Shown one piece after another: positions 9,034 to 19,424 of a stretch of DNA of 64,000 nucleotides (positions are counted from its first letter, which is position 1; each line of letters starts with the position of its first letter). This DNA comes from Coleofasciculus sp. B1-GNL1-01 (lineage in GTDB: Bacteria > Cyanobacteriota > Cyanobacteriia > Cyanobacteriales > Coleofasciculaceae). The position numbers were made by a program, and so were the translations under genes. Below the pieces are notes generated by a model. It was not told the origin of the DNA. It was given only the letters and a program-made list of their open reading frames with translations, and did no database searches. The stretch is from the NCBI GenBank assembly GCA_040220235.1, contig JAVJTO010000063.1; one strand, 5' to 3'.

Positions 9034-9720
9034 ATGGTCTTAAAAATACAACCCTGTTCAAACTGGTACAAACAATTATTTGCTTGGGGAATGGCGAAGG
9101 CAAACGCAGCCGATGAAAATGCTATTCAATTGGCAAATTGCAGTAGCCATTCTACCCTAGCTCAACTCAAGCAGGCTTTATTTGCCGACTTGCAGGGGAA
9201 AGTCTTAGAAATTGGACCAGGCGCTGGGGTTAATTTAGAGTATTATCCCACTGACATTCATTGGATAGGCGTTGAACCGAATCCCTTTATGCATTCCTAC
9301 CTGGAACAGGAAGCCGAACAGGTTGGGTTGAACAGGATTGATATCAAAAGTGGGTCGGCTGAACGGATTGAGGTTGAGGATAATAGTGTGGATGCTGTCG
9401 TCAGTACCTACGTTCTCTGTTCCGTCAGCAATCTTCCCGCAACCGTACAAGAAATTCGGCGAATTCTCAAGCCAGGAGGTCGCTTTTTGTTTGTTGAACA
9501 TGTGGCGGCTGAATGTGGCAGTTGGCAACGGCGGATTCAAGGTAGCATTGAGCCGATTTGGAAAACGGTGTTTGATGGGTGTCGCCCGAATCGGGAAACC
9601 TGGCTGGCATTAGAAAAGGCGGGATTTGAAAACCTAAATTATCAACAGTTTCAGGTTTCTTTTCCAATTGTTAGTCCTCATATTTCTGGAGTGGCTACTA
9701 AAAGTAGAGATGTGTCATAA
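9034..9720 (+). CDS. Class I SAM methyltransferase resembling TMT1A/B (METTL7)/MddH thiol methyltransferases
   Basis: VLEIGPGAG, EPNP, SVDAVVSTYVLCSV, LKPGG, EHVAAECGSW, FDGC, PHISG. Confidence 0.8.
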   Translation: MVLKIQPCSNWYKQLFAWGMAKANAADENAIQLANCSSHSTLAQLKQALFADLQGKVLEIGPGAGVNLEYYPTDIHWIGVEPNPFMHSYLEQEAEQVGLNRIDIKSGSAERIEVEDNSVDAVVSTYVLCSVSNLPATVQEIRRILKPGGRFLFVEHVAAECGSWQRRIQGSIEPIWKTVFDGCRPNRETWLALEKAGFENLNYQQFQVSFPIVSPHISGVATKSRDVS

Positions 9721-9742
9721 CAGGAGTTTGGGAAAAGCCAGG

Positions 9743-10086
9743 GAGCCAAGAAATAAATTTCTGGCTTAAAGCTAAAGTAAGCTAAAGCTTACTGGATAAG
9801 TCTTTCTCAGTTCTCTAAAACCATTAAAACTATGCAACTCACGAAAAAAAATCTGCCTGAACGTCTGAATCATAAAGTCAGTCTTGTTTGCTTGTTGCGG
9901 GTGGAGACTCTTTAGGTTAAATGGCATGCTCCTTAAGCGAAATGTTGTTGGCTTGAGAGCCAAGAAATAAATTTCTGGCTCAAAGCTAAAGTAAGCTAAA
10001 GCTTACTGGATAAGTCTTTCTCAGTTCTCTAGAACTATTAAAACTATGCAACTCACGAAAAAAAAATTGCCTGAACGTCTGAATCA
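9743..10086 (+). repeat. 130-bp direct duplication (9743-9872 and 9957-10086) covering the upstream region and first codons of the flavoprotein gene
   Basis: Near-identical copies offset by 214 nt; ATGCAACTCACGAAAAAAAA at 9832 and 10046. Confidence 0.9.
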
Positions 10087-11044
10087 CATTTATGATGCGA
10101 TTGTCGTCGGCGGCGGTGCCGGTGGATTTTCTGCTGGAATCTATCTGCAACGATTTCGCCTTTCAAGCTTAATTATTGATAAAGGCAAAGCTCGCTCATT
10201 CTGGATGCAGGAATTGCACAATTATTTAGGCTTACCACCGGATACTCCAGGTCGCGTTCTGTTGCAACAAGGGAAACAGCATTATACCTCTTTAAACGGT
10301 GATATGCTGAATGGTTATGTTGAAGAAGTGGTGGATGAGGGAGATAGGTTTGCCGTGCGGGTAAAGGTGGGTCGTAAAAATAGTATTTACCCCGTATTCC
10401 GCTCGAAATACTTAATTGCTGCGAGTGGCATTATCGACAATTTACCCCCTTTGGAGGATATGCAAAATGTCTTTGATTATGCAGGATATAACTTACACGT
10501 CTGTATGGTTTGTGATGGCTACGAAATGACAGATAAACAATGTGGTTTCATTGCGGGTAGTGAAGCCAGTATTGAAGAAATGGTGTTTAATCTCAGTTGG
10601 TTTACTCCTTATATCACCGTGTTCACTCATGGACTGTTTGCGGTGAGTGACTCAATGCGTTCTCAACTGCACAATCATGGTTATCGTTTGGTGGAAACCC
10701 CGATTAAGAAATTTCTGGGTGAAAATCACCAGATGACGGGAGTTGAGTTAGTGGATGGGTCAATTATTCCCTTAGAAACTGGATTAATTTCTATGGGGTC
10801 ACGCTATCACAATACTTATCTCCAAGGATTCAATTTAGATGTCAAGGGTAGTAATCTGATTACCGATAAAATGGGGCGGACGTCTCACCCGCGAATTTTT
10901 GCGATTGGAGACTTAAAAGTGGGGTTAAATCAAGTGGTTGTGGCGGCTGGAGATGGTGCTTTAGCAGCGACTCAGATTTGGCGAGATATTCGTCGGGAAT
11001 CCGGTTCTCGCCGCTGGGAGGAAAATCTAGCGGTTTCTGTTTAG
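10046..11044 (+). CDS. Thioredoxin-reductase-like FAD oxidoreductase with CxxC
   Basis: DAIVVGGGAGG, HVCMVCDGYE, TSHPRIFAIGD. Confidence 0.85.
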   Translation: MQLTKKKLPERLNHIYDAIVVGGGAGGFSAGIYLQRFRLSSLIIDKGKARSFWMQELHNYLGLPPDTPGRVLLQQGKQHYTSLNGDMLNGYVEEVVDEGDRFAVRVKVGRKNSIYPVFRSKYLIAASGIIDNLPPLEDMQNVFDYAGYNLHVCMVCDGYEMTDKQCGFIAGSEASIEEMVFNLSWFTPYITVFTHGLFAVSDSMRSQLHNHGYRLVETPIKKFLGENHQMTGVELVDGSIIPLETGLISMGSRYHNTYLQGFNLDVKGSNLITDKMGRTSHPRIFAIGDLKVGLNQVVVAAGDGALAATQIWRDIRRESGSRRWEENLAVSV

Positions 11045-11139
11045 TGAGCCGGAAGTCAATAACCAAAGCCTTGAGCAATGGTGCATTACTACAATTGCCC
11101 AAAATCAACAAACGAAAAACAACTCAATTAAGGATCAAA

Positions 11140-11637
11140 ATGATGAAAAGTAAAAAAATGATATCAGGATTAATCCTGGGATTATTACTGGTTTTAACTC
11201 TGCTAGGTGGTGTATTTTTGCCTAAATCTGCCCTAGCTGCCGTAGAATCTAAGGTGACGAGTCCACCTAGCGCAGAAGTCTATACAGCAGTCGATCAGTT
11301 GCTGAATTCGCTACCACGAGATTACTACACAGTAATGCAGGTAAAGCAGTTAAAGAACAAGCTCAAAAAGCGGGATAATGTCGTATTGGTTGATGTGCGA
11401 GAACCGTCTGAATATGATTCAGGACACATTCCTGGCGCTATTAATATTCCCGTGCGATCGCTCACCAAAAATTTGGATAAAATTCCCACGGATAAACCTG
11501 TAATTTTATACTGTTCGAGTGGGCATCGCACGGCAATTGGCATGACGGCGTTGCGGTTGTTAGGGTACACGAATGTTCGCAGTTTTCCTCCCAGTATTAA
11601 TGGCTGGAAGGCGGCTGGCGAACCGTTGGAAAAATAA
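11140..11637 (+). CDS. Exported rhodanese (Sec-type signal peptide)
   Basis: Start ATG 11140: MMKSKK, hydrophobic stretch, SALA/A; DVREPSEYDSGHIPGA; CSSGHR loop. Confidence 0.85.
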   Translation: MMKSKKMISGLILGLLLVLTLLGGVFLPKSALAAVESKVTSPPSAEVYTAVDQLLNSLPRDYYTVMQVKQLKNKLKKRDNVVLVDVREPSEYDSGHIPGAINIPVRSLTKNLDKIPTDKPVILYCSSGHRTAIGMTALRLLGYTNVRSFPPSINGWKAAGEPLEK

Positions 11638-11908
11638 GCCTGTTTAATTTCTTGAATTCCCCTAATAGGAATAAGAAGTATCTTAGACTACGGGAGACAG
11701 GGATCTCCCTATGTCATTCCCTTCCCAGAGTCGGCAAGGCGAAAGAAAGCAGATACACCCTGCCTTATTCAAGACCCTATATAAAATGCAGATGACCCTC
11801 TAAACCTTTGACGAAATAACGGCTCATTTTGTGTCATTGGTGGCAATAAATTTTAAAAGGAATGGTACGCTCAAGCCAGCTTGGGATAGGGGCTGGGGGT
11901 GAGGGCTG

Positions 11909-13924
11909 CTACCTCACCAACGTCTTCACCGTCAACACCTGTGGCGGTGTGGAATCGGGTGGATAAATAAATTCCACGTTTACCTTTCGCTGTTCCCCTG
12001 GCGCTAAATTTAACGTAACTAAGGGATCAGACGGTTGTCCCCGACGCTGCACTAAATGCACATAGCGTGTCTGACTTTCCCCTTGATTATCTTCATAAGT
12101 GACCCGAACCGTTCCCCGAAAAAAGACCTGATTAACGGTTGGATTCAAAAACAGTAATTTATCTGTGCCTGCCTCATCTTTTAATGGCGTTTGCATTGAT
12201 ACCGTAACCCTTTGAGATTGACTGGTTGTATTTTTCAGGGGTAACATTAAATTATAGTCTACGCCATAATTACTATGAGCATAATACGCCGTATCCGGAT
12301 AACGGGCTAGCATCGGCGCACTTTGAATTTGACCTGTATTTAACGTAATTAAATGCAGCGTCCCTAAGACATAGGAAAATGCCTCACCGGGTTGGGGAAT
12401 TCTTAGACTATCGGATTCTAAAGTATCGGTAATCTCTGCCAACCATTCGGTTCCTTGGGAAACCCCGGCAACTCGTCCAAATACTGTCGGTTCTCTAGGC
12501 GGGTCAAGGGGGGTTGGGGTCAGATTCCGGGGTTCGGCTAATTCTCCTTCAACTAACAAAGTTTGCCATTCCGCTAATGTCGGGGCGCGGTATGTCCTAT
12601 TCGAGTTTTGCGGCGCTTTCATGGCTAAATTAGCAACATAAACTGAACCATTACTCTGCAATCGCATCATCGTGGAACGCCCATTGGATGCAGGTGCGCG
12701 TCGGATAGGAATCGGCTGATTCATCAACAGTTGAGTTTGCCCTGCGGTTAAGACTAATTGTTCCGGAAATATGTCCTGACGCATCCCCCGCAGGATATCA
12801 TTCATCGTGCGACTACCGGGTCCCGAATAAATCTGACCATTGGGATTATCCACTATATCCGGTAAGTCAATAAATGGTGCATCAGGAGTACTTAAATAAC
12901 TCGCCGCTTGCAAAACCTCAATCGTTACAGGTTTATCGGTAGGATTGTGCAGCAGTAATCCCTGATACAGGGGACGGGTTTCTGCTTGAGTTTCTGCCCT
13001 AGCGATATGATGGGTAAAAATGTCGAACCGTCCTTGAAAGGGAAAGTTTAGATGGGCAGAAGGAATGCGCTTTCCGGTTGGGGGAAACGTGGATAACAAA
13101 ATTCCTTCACTTCTGACTAATTCGGGATAATTACTATTAAATGTGGGAACAGAATTCAGCCCTCCCGGTAATGTCCGCACCTGTTGAGGATGAATTTCAA
13201 CCCCAGCAATATACTCAGGCGGAACCGCATAAATATTTAACGCCCGACATAATAGCGCCGCAACTTCGCCCCGAGTCGCCCGTTGATTAGGGCGAAGTTG
13301 TCGTACTGTGGGATAATTCACCACCAGAGTATTCACCGCCGCCGCCGCGATCGCATTCCTAGCGTATCCTGGAATACCAGAGGCATCTTGGAAATACTGT
13401 CCCAGGGTAGAGTATGGATTACTGGGAATGCTGTAATTCTTCGCCCCCGCCAAAACCCCAATCGCTTGCACACGGGGAATCGGTTGACTGGGTTGAAAAA
13501 TCTGCCCCGGATAACCCGCGAAAAATTCCCGTTGATAAACATCCTGAATTGCCCGATATGCCCAATGACTCTGTGGTACATCTGTAAACGTGATCCCACT
13601 GCGTTTAACTTCGGCGTCGGGAAAGGCATTCAGCATCAACACTGCAAATTCTGCCCGGGTAATCGAACCATTGGGGCGAAACGTGCCATCTGGGTAACCC
13701 GTGACTAGGTTTCGAGATGCCATCTGGTTAATGCAATCCTTTGCCCAATGGGTTTGGATATCGGGGAATGCAGTAGCCTCGGTGGTTATCAGGCTAAAAC
13801 AGAAGGCAAGGAGAAGCGATTGAGAGATAGAGACGTGGAAACCTCTAGGCATGAAATAGGCGTTCTGGATTAATTTACCGTTGTTGAAACATTTTTGGCA
13901 GAATTTGTTTCTGCGATTTGTCAT
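11909..13924 (-). CDS. S-layer homology (SLH) + DUF3370 protein
   Basis: FPDIQTHWA/GYPDGTFRPNGSITRAE SLH repeats; FNSNYPE and YPDTAYYAHSNYGV DUF3370 motifs; true start may be ATG 13852. Confidence 0.85.
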   Translation of the reverse strand: MTNRRNKFCQKCFNNGKLIQNAYFMPRGFHVSISQSLLLAFCFSLITTEATAFPDIQTHWAKDCINQMASRNLVTGYPDGTFRPNGSITRAEFAVLMLNAFPDAEVKRSGITFTDVPQSHWAYRAIQDVYQREFFAGYPGQIFQPSQPIPRVQAIGVLAGAKNYSIPSNPYSTLGQYFQDASGIPGYARNAIAAAAVNTLVVNYPTVRQLRPNQRATRGEVAALLCRALNIYAVPPEYIAGVEIHPQQVRTLPGGLNSVPTFNSNYPELVRSEGILLSTFPPTGKRIPSAHLNFPFQGRFDIFTHHIARAETQAETRPLYQGLLLHNPTDKPVTIEVLQAASYLSTPDAPFIDLPDIVDNPNGQIYSGPGSRTMNDILRGMRQDIFPEQLVLTAGQTQLLMNQPIPIRRAPASNGRSTMMRLQSNGSVYVANLAMKAPQNSNRTYRAPTLAEWQTLLVEGELAEPRNLTPTPLDPPREPTVFGRVAGVSQGTEWLAEITDTLESDSLRIPQPGEAFSYVLGTLHLITLNTGQIQSAPMLARYPDTAYYAHSNYGVDYNLMLPLKNTTSQSQRVTVSMQTPLKDEAGTDKLLFLNPTVNQVFFRGTVRVTYEDNQGESQTRYVHLVQRRGQPSDPLVTLNLAPGEQRKVNVEFIYPPDSTPPQVLTVKTLVR

Positions 13925-14051
13925 TCGTCATACTCGCTATCGCGAGAAGCAAGCTACGTCATTCGTCATATCTCCCTCATCTTCCCCATCTTCCCCTGCT
14001 TCCCCTGCACCCCCTCTCTAACCCCAAGAGAAAATTTTTTTCGGAACTGGC

Positions 14052-14080
14052 TTGACAAATCCATAAATCTTCGTCACAAT
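14052..14080 (+). promoter_or_regulatory. Sigma70-type promoter of tRNA-Asp
   Basis: TTGACA-N17-CACAAT, 20 nt upstream of the tRNA. Confidence 0.6.
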
Positions 14081-14099
14081 AGAATTCGGCTCGGAAATT

Positions 14100-14173
14100 G
14101 GGACTGTAGTTCAATTGGTTAGAGCACCGCCCTGTCACGGCGGAAGTTGCGGGTTCGAGCCCCGTCAGTCCCG
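14100..14173 (+). tRNA. trnD: tRNA-Asp(GTC)
   Basis: Acceptor stem GGGACTG/CAGTCCC, anticodon loop CTGTCAC, GGTTCGAG T-arm; CCA not encoded. Confidence 0.97.
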
Positions 14174-14377
14174 TAAAATGGTTAAAGAATGTAGGTCTAG
14201 TTGGCACAGAATCCAATGCCTACTCACTCAACCGCTACGGGGTGAGTTAGATTCGCAGTGAATCCAATGGCATTATCGTTTGTCTCAACCCCTCTACTGG
14301 CAACATCGAGATTTCTAGCTGAATTACGATGTCTTAATAATATAATTTTCGATAAATTATAGGATACTCAAGGTGTC

Positions 14378-15139
14378 ATGTTGCCATTCACGGGTTATGA
14401 CTCAAGCACTTACCCAATTTTCAATCAATGTCTTCAACGGTATTTTCCAGGTGCATTACCTATGGAAGATTACATGAAAAAAACTTTCCATTGTTTAAAT
14501 GCCCTGGGTTTTGAAGATGAAAATACAATGGGAATGGCAGCACTCTGTCGGGACGAAATTACTGATCCGTTACTTAATGAAGTCATTAAATACTGGGGGA
14601 AAACCTTTAATTGTTGTAGTCTTGCTGGGTTCGTGATGATGGGAAAAACGGGTTTAGCTGCCGCAACAGATCACGTTCCGATTTTCGATGGAATACGCCG
14701 CTTTACATTTTTAGCAATGCCTCATATTGCAATTTCTAGAGACGGAGAAATTGGCAAGGTTTATCGAGAAGGTATCCACAAAGCGTCTCATGCCTGTGGT
14801 GCATTAGAAACGATTGTAAACGAGTTAAAATCAGGACGTCTTAATCTGCAAATGGATATCGAGGATCTGGAACAATCTATTATCCGACAAAAAATACTGT
14901 CCACTATAAATTATGGAGACAAACCGAATTTAGTTGAGATGACTAAGTTGGCTTGTCAGATTATTTCTGATGATGTACAAACCCTCTTGCATCCTTTAGA
15001 TTCTTCTATATTTAAGTATGCGGTGATGACGGGTATTCAAATTCATGGTCCTATGGATACGAACTGGATCTATCCTCATAATTTTTATGTGGTGGGTGCA
15101 GATTTACCAGGAGGCAAAAAGTTTATTGAAGTGGTTTGA
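14378..15139 (+). CDS. LCIB/LCIC-family (theta-type) carbonic anhydrase-like protein
   Basis: LCRDE, G-K-TG, PHIAISRDGEIG and ACGAL motifs give the Cys-His-Cys Zn ligands, as recalled for Chlamydomonas LCIB. Confidence 0.85.
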   Translation: MLPFTGYDSSTYPIFNQCLQRYFPGALPMEDYMKKTFHCLNALGFEDENTMGMAALCRDEITDPLLNEVIKYWGKTFNCCSLAGFVMMGKTGLAAATDHVPIFDGIRRFTFLAMPHIAISRDGEIGKVYREGIHKASHACGALETIVNELKSGRLNLQMDIEDLEQSIIRQKILSTINYGDKPNLVEMTKLACQIISDDVQTLLHPLDSSIFKYAVMTGIQIHGPMDTNWIYPHNFYVVGADLPGGKKFIEVV

Positions 15140-15337
15140 AAAAACATTTCGGGGAGGGGTGAGGGAGTGTTTAGCGCCTGATGATTAGCAAAGGTGGGTG
15201 ATTCTTCCTACTTTATCCGTGGGTAAATCACGTTAAGAACAGGCTCAAGTCAGCGCCAACGACAACTGAGCGCCGCTCTACGCTAGAATGAATAGCTGGA
15301 AAGTACTTAGCCCACCCTACCATCAGAGATTGATCTT

Positions 15338-16789
15338 GTGACTGTTAGAGTCCGTATTGCACCGTCTCCCACCGGAAACTTACACATCGGTACCGCCAGA
15401 ACCGCCGTATTTAACTGGCTATTCGCCCGACACCACGGGGGTCAGTTTATTTTACGCATCGAAGATACTGACCAGACGCGATCGCGCCCCGAATACACCC
15501 AGAATATCTTGGATGGATTCACCTGGTTAGGACTCAACTGGGATGAAGGACCAGTTTTTCAATCGAAACGGTTTGACCTGTATCACCACACCATTCAAAC
15601 CCTTTTAGATAACGGATTAGCCTATTACTGTTACACCACAGAAGACGAACTCAAGGCACTCCGAGACGCCCAAAAAGCCCGGAAACAAGCCCCTCGCTAC
15701 GATAACCGTCACCGCAATCTTACCCCCGAACAACGCACCGCCTTTGAAGCGGAGGGACGACAGCCGGTGATTCGGTTTAAGATTGACGATAATCGCGAGA
15801 TTGTCTGGAATGACCTGGTGCGCGGTAAACTCACCTGGAAAGGGAGTGATTTAGGTGGGGATATGGTCATTGCCCGCGCTGCATCCCAAGGTGAAATTGG
15901 TCAGCCTCTCTACAATCTAGCGGTCGTGGTTGATGATATAGAGATGAAAATCACCCATGTCATCCGAGGCGAAGACCACATTGCCAATACTGCCAAACAG
16001 ATATTACTGTATGAAGCCCTCAGCGCAACCGTACCCGAATTTGCTCACACGCCATTAATTCTAAATTCCCAGGGGCAAAAATTGTCTAAACGCGATGGCG
16101 TGACCTCGATTTCTGAGTTTCAGAACATGGGTTTTGTCCCGGAAGCCATGGCAAATTATATGACGCTATTGGGTTGGTCACCACCGGATTCAACCCAGGA
16201 AATTTTCACCCTAGAAGAAGCCGCCCAAGCGTTTAGTTTTGATCGGGTGAATAAAGCGGGAGCAAAGTTTGACTGGGATAAACTGGATTGGCTCAATAGT
16301 CAATATCTGCACAAAAAATCACCATCAGAATTAGTCGAGTTACTGATTCCCTATTGGCAAGAAGCGGGGTATGAGATTGACCCGGAAAATAATCGCCCTT
16401 GGTTAGAACGATTAGCGGCTGTGATTGGTCCGAGTCTGACGCGCTTACCAGATGCGGTGGAGATGACGCGGATGTTCTTTACCGACTCGGTTGAGTTGAC
16501 CCCAGATGCAATTGAGCAACTTAAAAAAGAAGGGGCTACAGATGTACTGAACGCGGTTTTGGACGCATTAGATAATACGCCGGAATTCAGTGCAGAAACC
16601 GCCGGACAAATCATTAAACAGGTAACAAAACAGCAAAAAGTGAAGAAAGGGTTAGTCATGCGATCGCTGCGGGCTGGACTTACGGGTGATGTCCATGGTC
16701 CTGATTTAATGGAGTCTTGGGTACTGCTGCATCAGAAAGGACAAGATAAACCCCGTTTACAGCAAGCCTTGAGTCAGGTGTCATCATAA
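15338..16789 (+). CDS. gltX: Glutamyl-tRNA synthetase
   Basis: [23 protein letters not shown]. Confidence 0.97.
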   Translation: MTVRVRIAPSPTGNLHIGTARTAVFNWLFARHHGGQFILRIEDTDQTRSRPEYTQNILDGFTWLGLNWDEGPVFQSKRFDLYHHTIQTLLDNGLAYYCYTTEDELKALRDAQKARKQAPRYDNRHRNLTPEQRTAFEAEGRQPVIRFKIDDNREIVWNDLVRGKLTWKGSDLGGDMVIARAASQGEIGQPLYNLAVVVDDIEMKITHVIRGEDHIANTAKQILLYEALSATVPEFAHTPLILNSQGQKLSKRDGVTSISEFQNMGFVPEAMANYMTLLGWSPPDSTQEIFTLEEAAQAFSFDRVNKAGAKFDWDKLDWLNSQYLHKKSPSELVELLIPYWQEAGYEIDPENNRPWLERLAAVIGPSLTRLPDAVEMTRMFFTDSVELTPDAIEQLKKEGATDVLNAVLDALDNTPEFSAETAGQIIKQVTKQQKVKKGLVMRSLRAGLTGDVHGPDLMESWVLLHQKGQDKPRLQQALSQVSS

Positions 16790-17012
16790 GTTGTTTGACA
16801 TTTAAACCTTAATGTCCAGAATGGCGAATTGTAGTGTGAGCATCTTTCTCACTATCTATACCCAACAAACATTGGGGAATCTTCAAAACTCTTAATATCC
16901 CGTATGGTGGGCATTGCCCACCAGCCTTAAATCAGTACCATTTAATTTAAGTGCTTTACAGCGCATTGCTATAAGCGCGATATAATCTGATAGCAATCTT
17001 GCCAATAATCCC

Positions 17013-17528
17013 ATGATGTATACTCGCAGTTCCTATGAACTCATGGCATCCTATAACCAGTGGATGAACCAAAAGTTGTATGCGATTTGCGCTCAAATAC
17101 CTGATCAAAAACGCAAAGAAAACCTTGGTGCTTTCTTTCAGTCCATTCACGGAACATTAAATCATCTACTCTATGGCGATTTAGCCTGGATGGGACGTTT
17201 CACGGGCAATCCTTTAACCGGAACTAAAATTGGACAGATTTTGTATAATGATTTTCACCAACTGTGCCAAGAACGAGAAAGACTCGATCAGCAAATTATC
17301 GACTGGACAAAAACGCTGTCTGAGGACTGGTTAAATCAACTCTTTGACTATAGAAGTAATATTGATGGTCAAACTCGTATCTTACCCACCTGGGTTTTAG
17401 TTACCCATATGTTCAATCATCAAACCCATCATCGGGGGCAATTAACAACGCTTTTAAGTCAGTTAGGCTATGATCCAGGGGTGACTGATTTGCCCTGGTT
17501 ATCCAGTTTGTATGACCAAAACGGATAA
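17013..17528 (+). CDS. DinB family protein
   Basis: YNQWMN, SIHGTLNH, HMFNHQTHHRGQ. Confidence 0.9.
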   Translation: MMYTRSSYELMASYNQWMNQKLYAICAQIPDQKRKENLGAFFQSIHGTLNHLLYGDLAWMGRFTGNPLTGTKIGQILYNDFHQLCQERERLDQQIIDWTKTLSEDWLNQLFDYRSNIDGQTRILPTWVLVTHMFNHQTHHRGQLTTLLSQLGYDPGVTDLPWLSSLYDQNG

Positions 17529-17676
17529 AATAACTAAATCCGCACAACTGTAGAAGCGGATGTAAAGTTATTTTATTTTACTAAGTAGGATAGTGGAAAT
17601 AAATTCAACTCTATTAAGTTATGTTAATAAGCTGTTCGGCATTTAAACCTTAATGTCAAGAAGTGCGAAATCCTTG

Positions 17677-17839
17677 TAATTCCTCGAACCCCCTCTATCG
17701 CTTTCCTGTAGGCGCTGAGGTTGTAGTAGGAACAGGCTTCGATATAGGTTTGTAGGGTGGTTATCTTCTGGACTTTGATATTAGGGAAATCAGCATCAAA
17801 TACTTCATAAACCGTTACTAATTCCGATTTACCTTTAAC
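17677..17839 (-). pseudogene. Orphan 3' fragment of a class III nucleotide cyclase gene
   Basis: Translates VKGKSELVTVYEVFDADFPNIKVQKITTLQTY..., matching the C-termini of the cyclases at 50524 and 52059; +1 frameshift in a G run; no start. Confidence 0.8.
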
Positions 17840-17876
17840 TCCTGTACAGTATCAGAGGTAGCGCAAACCTCTGTCT

Positions 17877-19424
17877 ATGCTCAATTCTCTTGTCTCATTC
17901 AAAACCAATCAACGTCCTTACCGCCCTCGGTTTACCCCCAAACAACTGCTGCTGCTGTTGCTATTGTTACTCGAAGCACAACTTGTCACCCAGCCAACCC
18001 CAGTCACGGCTCAAACAGATCCGCCGACAACGGTTGAATCCTCCCCGGATACGACGCCGACAATTTGCCCTGCGGATCTCAAAGCCTCCATTGACGCGAT
18101 CGCAACTCGTCCCGAATTTGATTATGCGCGTTGGGGTATCTTGATCCAACCCCTATTCTCAGACACACCCTTATATAGTCGGGAACGCGATCGCTATTTT
18201 ATCCCCGCCTCTAATCTCAAACTCTTCACCACAGCCGCCGCTTTATCCCAACTCGGTGCTAATTTTCGCATTCGCACCTCTATTTATGGCACGCCAACAG
18301 AAGGAACTATACCCCAATTACGAGTCGTTGGGCGAGGTGATCCCAGTTTAAATACGGATCAGTTAAAAGACTTAGCCCAACAGCTTCAGCGTCAGGGAAT
18401 TCGGCGCGTGGATCAACTGATTGTCGAAGATCGTTATTTTAGTGAACCTAAGGTTAACCCAACCTGGGAATGGTCAGATATTCAATTTTATTATGGGACG
18501 GCGGTCAATAGCTTAATTCTCAATGAAAATGCAGTATTACTAACCTTAACGCCTCAAGACATAGGACAACCCCTCACCGTGACTTGGGCTGATCCCATTG
18601 CAGCAAAACAATGGCAGATTGAAAATCAAACTGTTACTACTGACGCCGAACCAGCGGAATCAATTAATATTTCTGGGGTGCTGGGTAAACCATTATTACG
18701 AATTCGTGGTCAATTAGCGGCGGATGCAGGACTTTGGTTAACGGCGGTGGCAATTCCTGATCCGGCGGACTATTTCCTGGAGCATTTCCGTCTGGCGTTA
18801 GCGGATTCTGGAATTCAGGTGGAACGAGGGTTGGTAACGACTGAACCGAATTCTCAAGAAGACACTGAATTAGCGGCGGTAGACTCTCCTCCCCTGAGTG
18901 AATTGATTGCTGAAACCAATCAGCAAAGTAATAATTTGTATGCAGAAGCCTTATTGCGATCGCTGGGTGTGACCGATAAAGAGGCAAATGAGTCAACCGC
19001 TAAAGCTGGACGGGAACAGATTAGAGATATCTTAACCGAATTAGGGGTTGAACCGGAATCCTACGTCCTTGCTGATGGTTCCGGATTGTCTCGCCACAAT
19101 CTAGTAAGTCCCATGGCTATTGTACAAACCTTACAGGCGATCGCCCGAACTCCGATGGCACAATCCTATCGAGATTCCTTAGCTGTGGCTGGGGTAGAAG
19201 GAACACTACGACAACGCTTTCAGAATACCCCAGCCCAAGGTCGAGTGTATGCCAAAACCGGAACGATGACTGGTGTGTCAACCCTTTCCGGCTATGTAGA
19301 CGTTCCCGATTATCAACCTTTGGTATTTAGTATTATGGTGAATCAATCCAATCAATCAGTGAGTACAATCCGTCAAGCCATTGATGAAATTGTGGTTTTG
19401 CTGACGCGGCTACGTTCTTGTTAA
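17877..19424 (+). CDS. dacB: D-Ala-D-Ala carboxypeptidase/endopeptidase (PBP4, peptidase S13)
   Basis: PASNLK, SNN, DGSGLS, AKTGT. Confidence 0.93.
   Translation: MLNSLVSFKTNQRPYRPRFTPKQLLLLLLLLLEAQLVTQPTPVTAQTDPPTTVESSPDTTPTICPADLKASIDAIATRPEFDYARWGILIQPLFSDTPLYSRERDRYFIPASNLKLFTTAAALSQLGANFRIRTSIYGTPTEGTIPQLRVVGRGDPSLNTDQLKDLAQQLQRQGIRRVDQLIVEDRYFSEPKVNPTWEWSDIQFYYGTAVNSLILNENAVLLTLTPQDIGQPLTVTWADPIAAKQWQIENQTVTTDAEPAESINISGVLGKPLLRIRGQLAADAGLWLTAVAIPDPADYFLEHFRLALADSGIQVERGLVTTEPNSQEDTELAAVDSPPLSELIAETNQQSNNLYAEALLRSLGVTDKEANESTAKAGREQIRDILTELGVEPESYVLADGSGLSRHNLVSPMAIVQTLQAIARTPMAQSYRDSLAVAGVEGTLRQRFQNTPAQGRVYAKTGTMTGVSTLSGYVDVPDYQPLVFSIMVNQSNQSVSTIRQAIDEIVVLLTRLRSC

Noticed and set aside
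14100..14173. tRNA-Asp as the att site of an integrated element
   Set aside because: No integrase and no duplicated tRNA 3' end noticed in the window
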